Assembly: GCF_000175255.2 (NCBI RefSeq)
Contig: NC_017262.1
Span: 1,560,001-1,592,000, forward strand
Direction of reading: 5' to 3'
From: Zymomonas mobilis subsp. mobilis ATCC 10988
GTDB taxonomy: Bacteria > Pseudomonadota > Alphaproteobacteria > Sphingomonadales > Sphingomonadaceae
Length of the DNA stretch: 32,000 bases
The notes beneath the pieces are model-generated. The model saw only the letters and a program-made list of their open reading frames with translations. It was not told the DNA's origin and searched no databases. Position numbers and translations under genes: made by a program. Shown here piece by piece: positions 9,530-17,319 of this stretch (its first letter is position 1; every line of letters starts with the position of its first letter).

Positions 9530-10601
9530 TTGATGCCGATTTTTCCTAGAATTTTGAGCAATATGCCTGTCATGGCGATGTTGACGCTTTTACCTGCCTT
9601 GACTGTGCCTTGTTCTGCCCATGGCCGGATGCCATTGTTATCAAAGCGTGTTTTGGATCCTTTTTTTGAGACAGCTGCTAACAACCGTCTAAAAACGGCT
9701 ACGGATAAAAAAACGGTATCGGCCGCTTCACTCTCTTTCATTCAGGATAAGAAATTTTTTTCACCAGTATCGGAGCTATCCGTATCGGGACAGAATGAAC
9801 AGCGTCAAGATAAGCATGTAGCAGAGCTTCCAAAAGACGCGGCAATCTCAGCCCCAATCTCAAATGTTCAAAAGGCTTCCTCTGAAAAAATAGCCTCCGA
9901 TCCCGTGGTGGCCGTTTTGTCTCCAGCTGATCTGCAAAAAAAAATAGCCGAGGCAACAGACCTCAATCGTCAGAATAAAAACACGGATGCTTTGGCTGTC
10001 CTTGATCCGCTTCTGCCTGCCTTGAAAGGGCATGACCGCGTTTCTATCCAGCTTTTACGAATCCCTTGTCTTGCCAGTCTCGGCTATGATGATGAAATCA
10101 TCTCTGCTTACGACAATATCAAAGGCATTGAGCCGGATAATGGCGCTGTCATCAGTGTCGGGATATTGATCGCCCTTTCTCAAAATGATTTTTCCAAAGC
10201 GGCTGAAAGGTTGCTTGTTTTAACCGATAAAGACCCTGCACGAATTGCCCGTTTTGATAGCGATATGGTGCAAGCGATTCTGATTCAGGCAAAGGCACAA
10301 AAAGACCCGACTATTTGGCAAAATCTGGTTTTAGGCTTGGCACGTAGTAGTTGGGGCGTTGCCGAAGGCCCTGATATCCGCGATCCTTTGATGCAGCAGG
10401 CTGTAACAGTTTATCTTGCCAAACATCAAAATGAAGATGCCGCCGACCTTTTGAGAGAAATTGCCGATCCTGAGAGACTCATGGAAATGGCCATTTCTCG
10501 TCGCTATGAGCCTATTTGGCCAGATATCGAGCGCCGCCTTGGCAATCATAGTCAGGATAGTTTGCGGCAATTTTCAGGTTTTTGGCTTAATGCTTTGGCT
10601 A
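9530..10601 (+). pseudogene. 5' fragment of a secreted helical-repeat (TPR-like) protein gene, truncated by IS insertion
   Basis: Signal-peptide-like N-terminus (MPVMAMLTLLPALTVPCSAHG). The ORF runs into the IS left end and terminates in IS-derived codons (..NALA|RFC*). Confidence 0.75.
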
Positions 10602-10617
10602 GGTTCTGTTGACAAAG
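10602..10617. repeat. IS left terminal inverted repeat
   Basis: GGTTCTGTTGACAAAG matches 15/16 with the reverse complement of 11435-11450. Confidence 0.85.
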
Positions 10618-10674
10618 GGTATAATTTAAGATTTTTAGAGATAACTTGAGAACAAGTTTTGTAGGGTAGATAGG

Positions 10675-11453
10675 ATGCGAGGAGATCTGACGGACGCGGA
10701 GTGGGAGATAATACAGGGTCTTCTTCCAAGCGAACGAGGCCGCTGCGCGCGTCCCGCCAAAAGTAATCGGTTATTTCTCAATGGTATGCTTTATGTGCTT
10801 CGAACAGGCTGCCCGTGGCGAGATATGCATGAACGTTATGGGAAATGGAATTCGGTCTATGTTCGGTTTCGTAGGTGGGCAGAACAGGGTGTGTGGGACG
10901 CTCTTCTTGAAACTCTCGTTGACCTTGGCCTGACAGATGACTGGCAACATATGATAGATAGTACGATTATTCGCGCCCACAGCCAAGCGGCTGGCGCAAA
11001 AGGGGGACGTATAAGGAAGGCTTTGGTCGCAGCCGCGGAGGCTTTACGAGCAAGATCCACGCCCGTTCCGATGGTCAAGGCCGCCCTCTAGCTTTCGCAC
11101 TAACCGGTGGTGAGGTCTCTGATTATTCTGGCGCTGATAGCTTGATCGATATCCCTGTCACAACACCCCACTGTTTTCTCGCTGATAAAGGATATGATAG
11201 CGATAGGTTACGCGAAAAACTGCTTTTTCGAGGCATTCTTCCTGTTATCCCGCCTCGTTCCAATCGAAAAAAGCCTATTCCTTATAATCTCCAGCACTAC
11301 AAAGATCGTAATCGTATTGAGCGGATGTTTAATAAGCTAAAGCAGTTCAGGCGCATTGCCACACGCTATGACAAAACCAGAAAATCTTTTCTCGCCTTCC
11401 TTCATCTCGCGGCCGTAAAATTGTGGTTACCTTTCTTTGTCAACATAACCTAG
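10675..11453 (+). CDS. IS5-family DDE transposase (orfA 10675..11091 plus orfB in the -1 frame, fused by a putative -1 frameshift near 10998-11007)
   Basis: OrfA reads MRGDLTDAEWEIIQGLLP...CPWRDM...DSTIIRAHSQAAGAKGG. The -1 frame continues TYKEGFGRSRGGFTSKIHARSDGQGRPLAF...ADKGYDSD...RNRIERMFNKLKQFRRIATRYDK (DDE plus the YREK-like signature). The fused product would be about 259 aa. Confidence 0.85.
11435..11450. repeat. IS right terminal inverted repeat
   Basis: CTTTGTCAACATAACC is the reverse complement partner of 10602-10617. Confidence 0.85.
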
Positions 11454-12228
11454 TCAGCCGGACAATCCTGCCTTTATCCATCAATCAATCCGTGCCTTTA
11501 TTCTTGCCGGTCATTTGCAAGATGCCGTCGATCTGGGCAATTCTGTTAAAATAACCTCCCATATCTCTGACGACAGTATTAAAGCGATTATTGCAGCGGC
11601 AGATGCCCGTTTGGCGTTGGGAGGAAGTGGTGCCGTGTCGGAGTCGATTGCGCGCTTACAGTCCTTGAACCGAATCGATCCCAGCCGCCACCAGATCGTC
11701 TTATCGGCGGATATTCGGAAGTCTGAATGGCTCAATCAATCGGGGCGTTATTATGAATCCCGCAGCCTTTCTGAAAAGATGCTTTCTAATCTTGGATTAT
11801 CGCTGACCCCGTCTGATATCGCCTCTTTTCAGCAGAGCGCAGTCTGCTCGATGATGAAATTGGGGCAGCGCAAGCAGGCCAATCAAATGGCACAAGAGAT
11901 GATGCAGAGCCATCTGGATGATAAACAGGCAGTTATAGAAGCGCTTTTTTGTGCCGGAAAATCTCAAGAAGCCATCAATCTGGCTATTCATACCCTCGAT
12001 AACCCTTCGCAAGCCGATACGCTTTTGAAGTTATTACAACCGGACGGGCGTTTTCCTGACGTGAGGCCGCAATATTATCGTAGCGTTTGGTCAAAATTAT
12101 CAGCGATACCGGCTGTTGAACGCGCTTTTTTGAAAAATGGACGTGTCCTGCCCGAAAAATTCCAACTGCGGAAAAATGCCCCCCTGCCGAGTCTGATGTA
12201 TAATTCTTCTCTTGCAGCTGTCAGCTAG
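11453..12228 (+). pseudogene. 3' fragment of the IS-interrupted helical-repeat protein gene
   Basis: The open frame from 11455 (QPDNPAFIHQSIRAFILAGHLQDAVDLGN...) continues the upstream ORF once 851 bp (IS plus one TA copy) are removed. Confidence 0.75.
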
Positions 12229-12579
12229 GATGTAAAAATAGTCCATTTTGGATGTAATGGACGTAAAATTGCCAATTAACATTTTTTAACTTTTTCTAAA
12301 GTTATCTTGGCTATTTTTCAGGATAAAATGTAATTTTTATAAAAAAAAGGCAAATTTCATCCAAAATTAAGCATTTATTATTCTTTTGAACCTATTTTCC
12401 CAAAAATTTTAGCCTTCCCTCGTCCAGATTCCGCGAATCTGGATTGATTAGGTTTTTTAAACAAAAAAAATCAAAATGGTGGAATTAGACAACGAAAATT
12501 GATGGACAAGTAGGAAAGTATTGAGAACATAAGGGGAACAAACAGTTAAAAAAGTAAAATTAAACTAGGAGTGATAATC

Positions 12580-12819
12580 ATGTACTTGTTAGGCAAAATT
12601 GAAAAATATCTGAGTGCTACAGGTATGACCCCCACACGTTTTGGGCGTGATGCCTTGAATGATCCCCGTTTTGTGCTGGATTTGCGGCGCGGAAGAGAAC
12701 CTCGTCGGCGCACTTTGGGGCGCGTTCTTGCCTATTTGGAAGAGCATGGCGCTTTCATCCGGCGTGAAAGAAAAACAAAGCCTTTTATTTTATCGCATCA
12801 TCATAATATTTCAGCATAG
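12580..12819 (+). CDS. small basic protein of unknown function (possible DNA-binding)
   Basis: 79 aa from the ATG at 12580, preceded by AGGAG with 8-nt spacing (the ORF track starts at GTG 12571). Conserved-looking core GMTPTRFGRDALNDPRFVLDLRRGREPRRRTL. Sits after a ~340-bp AT-rich leader. Confidence 0.55.
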   Translation: MYLLGKIEKYLSATGMTPTRFGRDALNDPRFVLDLRRGREPRRRTLGRVLAYLEEHGAFIRRERKTKPFILSHHHNISA

Positions 12820-12891
12820 ATTCAAAATGGTTAAAAATTTTCGATTAAAATGTTAAAAATTTAAATCCATTTAGGGATATAAAATATTGCA

Positions 12892-13842
12892 TTACATTTT
12901 CCTGACCGAGGTGAGCTGTTCACGCATTTCCTTGATTAAAGCCAAGGCTTGGGTAAGCGCTTGATCGCGGTCTAATTGAGAGAGCTCTATTGTTACAATC
13001 GGGGGTGCCGATGCAGGATTAGGGGAATCCTGTATCGGCTTTTGTAAAATCTGTTCGGAAGAAAGAAACAGCGTTTCCTCTCCGCTTTTTTCAAAAGAAT
13101 TGGGTTGTTTTTCAACGGTGTTGGATAGCGAGAGAATCTCAGGGGCTTGTTGAGAAGCGGCATCCTGAGAGCGTTCAATATCGTTATTATCTGCCCATTC
13201 AGCATCTGCTGGCAAAACAGATTGTTTCGCAGAAAAAGACGCTTCTTCTAAGACAGCGTCAAAGGAAGGTGAGACTTCTGGCGGTTGTGACGAAGGTTCA
13301 TTATCCGATTCTGAAACCGTTTTTTCGCTATAATCATTGAGGACAATAACCGAATTTTGTGTTTCTTCTTCAAAAGTCGATCCGGTTTTTTGCTGCAAAA
13401 AAGCACGATCAGAAGATTTGAGGATAATTTCATCCCCCTCTAGGAGGATGCTTTCTTCTTCCCAATCTTTTCCGAGGCTATTCTTTTCTGGCCAAATAGG
13501 CTGATCGGATAAATCTTCAGAATAAAACTGCCCTTCGGGATTTTCTTTTCTTAAATCGAAGGTAACCCGATAACGGTGATAGGCAAAAAGCCATGTCATG
13601 ATGAAGGCGATAATCCCGCCTAAAACAATACCAAGGGGAAAGGCCAATCGCGCTCTAGATAATAAAGGCGCACTGCCGTCCTCTCCTGTCAGCCAAGTAA
13701 TGGCGGTATCATGGGTCAGTCGGGTAAAAATTTCAGGCGGCATAGCCATCCAGAAAAAAATGACAGCTATAGAAAACATAGCGGAAGAAAGAACGATAAG
13801 ACGTTTTTCCTTTTTTCCTTCCATTGGCGTTGAGCCTGCCAT
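12892..13842 (-). CDS. membrane-anchored acidic low-complexity protein, unknown function
   Basis: Two N-terminal hydrophobic helices, a long D/E/S/Q-rich region and a C-terminal amphipathic helix. The start is placed at the ATG at 13842 (GGAGA 8 nt upstream). The longest ORF starts at 13857. Confidence 0.5.
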   Translation of the reverse strand: MAGSTPMEGKKEKRLIVLSSAMFSIAVIFFWMAMPPEIFTRLTHDTAITWLTGEDGSAPLLSRARLAFPLGIVLGGIIAFIMTWLFAYHRYRVTFDLRKENPEGQFYSEDLSDQPIWPEKNSLGKDWEEESILLEGDEIILKSSDRAFLQQKTGSTFEEETQNSVIVLNDYSEKTVSESDNEPSSQPPEVSPSFDAVLEEASFSAKQSVLPADAEWADNNDIERSQDAASQQAPEILSLSNTVEKQPNSFEKSGEETLFLSSEQILQKPIQDSPNPASAPPIVTIELSQLDRDQALTQALALIKEMREQLTSVRKM

Positions 13843-14038
13843 TTCAGCTTTCTCCATAGATTTTATCCGACAAAATCAATTCTATAAGTCTAGCGGATAA
13901 AAACGATTAAATAATTAACATTGCATTCTGGCGTATTTAAGAAAAAATCTATTATCCTGCTGTGATAAAGATTTTCTAACGTGAATATTCCTTCACTTGA
14001 AAGCTGATTTTACCGGATAATTTTTTTCAGGAAAAAGA

Positions 14039-15169
14039 ATGCAGGAACAAAATCATGCCGCTATTCTGACTTCGCCTCAGGAGATAGCCGCTTTGAACCA
14101 TCAAATCAGTGAATGGTTTTTAGGACATTATATCCAGCTACTCTGCGCTATTGGGGTAGGGGTTGTTCTCTTTTTCGCTTTGCTTTCCTTTAGACGCTTT
14201 GCCGAAAATTTTTTGAAGCGCAGTGCCTTTTTAAGTGAATGGACGACTCTTGCCGGTGAAGCCATTGGTCGGACTCATGCTTTTTTCTTGGCTATTCTGA
14301 CCATTCGATTGGTCACTGCATATTTTGATCATAGCTCGCGCCTTTCGGATGTTGTCCAGTTCTTATGGGTCATTGCCAGCACTTTCCAATTTGCGACTTG
14401 GGCGCGTCAGCTCATTTTAGGACTCATTAGCTATCGGGTCGAGCAATCGAATAATAGCAACCGCAATTTGGATAGCGCGCTTAATCTTATCCGGCTTCTT
14501 GTGACGGTGGCTCTCTTTGCTATCGCCTCTGTTGTCGTTCTCGATAATCTGGGTGTGAATGTCACTGGATTGGTTGCCGGTCTTGGTATCGGTGGTATCG
14601 CGATTGGTCTTGCTGCCAAAGGTATTTTTGATGACCTTTTTTCGGCTTTGGTGATTATCTTTGATCAGCCCTTTATGAAGGGCGATTTGATCAGCTGGAA
14701 GGACACCACCGGCACAGTTGAAAAAATCGGTTTGAAAACGACCCGTATCCGTGCTGGTACCGGAGAGGAAATCATTGTTGCCAACAATATGTTGGTCAAT
14801 GTCGAGATGCATAATCTAAGCGAGCAAACGAGACGACGCTTTTCTCTGCAGATTGGGGTCGTTTGTTCCACTTCGCCTGACCAATGTGAAAAGCTGATTT
14901 CTATCTTGCGAGAAGAAACCGCAAAAATCCCGCTTTGTCAGGTGGCCAGAAGTTGCATGACTGGAATCGGCGCTTCATCTTTTGATTTTGAAGTCGTTTG
15001 TGATGTCCAATCCGGCTCTTTTGATGACTATTTTTCGGTTCGGACTCAGGCCTGTATCAACATCCTGAAACGGCTTGAAACGGAAGGTATCGAGCTCGCT
15101 TATCCAACGGTCACGAATTATAACTATAATGCTGAAAAATCAGGAAAATTAGAGGAAAAAAAGGATTAA
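14039..15169 (+). CDS. mechanosensitive ion channel family protein (MscS family)
   Basis: 376 aa with N-terminal TM helices, a pore-helix-like GLGIGGIAIGLAAKGIFDDLFSA, then the beta-domain motif PFMKGDLISW..TGTVEKIGLKTTRIR. Confidence 0.88.
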   Translation: MQEQNHAAILTSPQEIAALNHQISEWFLGHYIQLLCAIGVGVVLFFALLSFRRFAENFLKRSAFLSEWTTLAGEAIGRTHAFFLAILTIRLVTAYFDHSSRLSDVVQFLWVIASTFQFATWARQLILGLISYRVEQSNNSNRNLDSALNLIRLLVTVALFAIASVVVLDNLGVNVTGLVAGLGIGGIAIGLAAKGIFDDLFSALVIIFDQPFMKGDLISWKDTTGTVEKIGLKTTRIRAGTGEEIIVANNMLVNVEMHNLSEQTRRRFSLQIGVVCSTSPDQCEKLISILREETAKIPLCQVARSCMTGIGASSFDFEVVCDVQSGSFDDYFSVRTQACINILKRLETEGIELAYPTVTNYNYNAEKSGKLEEKKD

Positions 15170-15320
15170 ATTGCTAGGAAAAGCGATTGAATTACATCTC
15201 ATTATAAAAATTTATCAATGAGGATGATTACTTTTTCACTTTTCATCTGTTTATCAAGACAGCAACAGGATAAATATTTCCCTGTTGTCCTGACAAAGGA
15301 ATCATACGACGGGTGCAGCA

Positions 15321-15629
15321 ATGCCAAATAAAAAAGATTATAAAACGGTCGTCGCTGTAATTAATGCGTTACCGGGTCATGACGAAGAGATCGAACAGGG
15401 ATTAGGTGAGCTTGCGCTTAAGGTGAAAGCCGAGCCGGGTAATATCACTTTTAAGCCCTATCGAAATCTTTCTGAAAGTCATAGCTACATAGTCTATGAG
15501 ATTTATCAGGATGAGACTGCGTTTTTGCAGCATGTGAATGCTCACTATACAAGAGCCTTTAACAAGATGCTGGAAACCGCCGCAAAAGGTGGTAAATCGC
15601 AAGTCTTAGAAGTGAGTGATATTCTATAA
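15321..15629 (+). CDS. ABM-domain protein (putative quinol/antibiotic-biosynthesis monooxygenase, YgiN-like), cytoplasmic
   Basis: 102 aa with the ferredoxin-like ABM pattern (VAVINALPG...EPGNITFKPYR...YIVYEIYQDETAFLQHVNAHYTRAF). Confidence 0.75.
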   Translation: MPNKKDYKTVVAVINALPGHDEEIEQGLGELALKVKAEPGNITFKPYRNLSESHSYIVYEIYQDETAFLQHVNAHYTRAFNKMLETAAKGGKSQVLEVSDIL

Positions 15630-15676
15630 TTTTCCACTAAGAAAATCAGAATATTTTATTAAGGATGAGGATTAAA

Positions 15677-16078
15677 ATGTTACGTTCTTTTTATAAATAT
15701 GCCGCTTTAGGTTTAGCCGCTGTTGGTGCTGTTTCCGCTGTTTCTGCACCGGCTGCTGCGCGTCCTTCCGTTATCGCTGACAATCCAGCCTATGTAACGA
15801 TCGTTGCTGTTATGCACCCGTTGCCCCAGTATGCTCAGCAGGTTGGCACCGAATTGAAGGGTCTCGCCGCACAGGTAAGAGCTGAACCGGGTAACGTTGC
15901 TTTCATGCCGACCCGTAACCCCGTCGACAACAGCTATGTCGTCTATGAAGTTTATCGCAGCGATGATGCTTTCCAGAAGCATATCACTTCTGACCACACG
16001 GTTTCTTTTAACAAAATCCTGGTTAATCAGGTTCAGGGCGGCGCTTCTGAAGTGACGAAACTGAAAACCATTTTCTAA
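15677..16078 (+). CDS. ABM-domain protein paralogue with an N-terminal signal peptide
   Basis: ATG at 15677 preceded by GAGGA. Signal-like MLRSFYKYAALGLAAVGAVSAVSAPAAA, then an ABM core alignable to the upstream gene (EPGNVAFMPTR...YVVYEVYRSDDAFQKHITSDHTVSF). Confidence 0.72.
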   Translation: MLRSFYKYAALGLAAVGAVSAVSAPAAARPSVIADNPAYVTIVAVMHPLPQYAQQVGTELKGLAAQVRAEPGNVAFMPTRNPVDNSYVVYEVYRSDDAFQKHITSDHTVSFNKILVNQVQGGASEVTKLKTIF

Positions 16079-16105
16079 ATTTTAAAATCCTTGGAAAATG
16101 AAATT

Positions 16106-16138
16106 TTGCCGCTGTTGAAAAACAGCGGCAATTTTTTT
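16106..16138 (+). terminator. rho-independent terminator after the ABM pair
   Basis: TTGCCGCTGTT-gaaa-AACAGCGGCAA followed by T7. Confidence 0.85.
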
Positions 16139-16275
16139 GACAGTGACAGTTATTTATATTTCAAACTCTAAAAAGAACGATAATTCGCTTCTTTTTCACG
16201 CATAATCTTGCCAATAGAATGCACAGCACCATTCAAAAGACGGCCATATCCTTATCTAGGCAGGGGACTTTACAT

Positions 16276-17295
16276 ATGCTGAAGCATTTTTGGGCATCTT
16301 TTCTTGTTACGATTCTAGGGCTAATAACAGCCTTTATTTTTGGGTATTATGCTCAAGGGCACCATCTTATGTCAGGATTGGATGCGGCCTTTTTAGCCTT
16401 TCTTTTGGCTATTTTGGAAACGGCTTTCAGCTTTGACAATGCCGTCGTTAATGCTTCTATTCTCAAAAATCTTACGCCTAAATGGCAAAAATGCTTTTTG
16501 ACTTGGGGCATGATTGTTGCCGTTTTTGGAATGCGTATTTTATTCCCGCTGCTCATTGTTTCTTTTTCAGCTTGGGTCGATCCTTGGGAAGCGACAAAAA
16601 TAGCCCTTTTTAACCATGCACGTTATGAAGAGGTTGTAACCGCCGCCCATGCCAGTATTGCCGGATTTGGTAGCGCCTTTTTGATGTTGGTCGGCTTAAG
16701 CTTTTTTGTGAAAGAAGAACATTCGCCTATATGGATTAGCTGGATCGAAAAACCGTTGATGGCGCTTCGGGTTATTCCTTTTATCAGCTATATCCTGACT
16801 TTTCTGATTATGGCCGGTTTTGCCTTCTGGTTTGATCAAAAAGACGGTTATTCTTTTTCAGTCGCTGCTCTATTCGGTATGGCTGCCTATTTCCTGCTAG
16901 AACAATTTGAACGCTTTATGGGAAAACCAACCCCAGGCAAGGCGGGATTGGCTACTTTTATTTATCTTGAATTTTTGGATGCGTCTTTCTCTTTTGATGG
17001 CGTCATCGGAGCCTTTGCTGTCACGAATGATATTGTGTTGATTGCGATCGGGCTTGGTATTGGAGCTATGTTTGTCCGTTCTATGACGGTTGCCTTGGTA
17101 CAAGGCGGTCATCTGTCCCAATATCCCTATCTTGAGGCGGGGGCTTTCTATGCCATTGTAACCTTGGCCTTTATCACCGCCCTTAATGTTAGAATCGAAG
17201 TCCCTGAAATTATCAGCTGCTTGAGTGGTCTTGTTTGGATTGGGGGATCTTTGGTCTATTCAATGATCGAAAATCGGCGTTCTCTAGCCAAATAA
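16276..17295 (+). CDS. integral membrane protein, TerC-like / DUF475 family
   Basis: Polytopic protein with duplicated FSFDNAVVNA and SFSFDGVIGAF motifs, typical of the TerC/DUF475 superfamily. The ATG at 16276 has an AGGGGA ribosome-binding site. The longest ORF starts at 16219. Confidence 0.6.
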   Translation: MLKHFWASFLVTILGLITAFIFGYYAQGHHLMSGLDAAFLAFLLAILETAFSFDNAVVNASILKNLTPKWQKCFLTWGMIVAVFGMRILFPLLIVSFSAWVDPWEATKIALFNHARYEEVVTAAHASIAGFGSAFLMLVGLSFFVKEEHSPIWISWIEKPLMALRVIPFISYILTFLIMAGFAFWFDQKDGYSFSVAALFGMAAYFLLEQFERFMGKPTPGKAGLATFIYLEFLDASFSFDGVIGAFAVTNDIVLIAIGLGIGAMFVRSMTVALVQGGHLSQYPYLEAGAFYAIVTLAFITALNVRIEVPEIISCLSGLVWIGGSLVYSMIENRRSLAK

Positions 17296-17319
17296 CATCT
17301 TTCCAAGGTTGATTTTTCT

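Larger units (their letters stand above)
10602..11450 (+). mobile_element. IS5-family insertion sequence (IS427-group-like), 849 bp, flanked by a TA duplication
   Basis: Terminal inverted repeats GGTTCTGTTGACAAAG (10602-10617) and the reverse complement of 11435-11450, GGTTATGTTGACAAAG (15/16 match). TA at 10600-10601 and 11451-11452. Two-ORF DDE transposase inside. Confidence 0.88.

Noticed and set aside
10609-10625. Consensus TTGACA and TATAAT hexamers in the IS left end
   Set aside because: They are only 5 nt apart, so they cannot act together as a sigma70 promoter. TTGACA is simply part of the terminal inverted repeat.
12384-12400. 12-mer TTTTGAACCTAT shared between the AT-rich spacers at ~12386 and ~21500
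   Set aside because: A single shared 12-mer between two AT-rich regions is within chance expectation for a window of this size. The surrounding sequence does not align.
14417-14812. 131-aa minus-strand ORF inside the MscS gene
   Set aside because: Shadow ORF opposite the conserved pore/beta-domain coding region.
16139-16275. Possible yybP-ykoY (manganese) riboswitch upstream of the TerC-like gene
   Set aside because: TerC-family genes often carry this riboswitch. I could not find the conserved GGGGAGUAG element or the paired distal conserved loop sequence in this leader.
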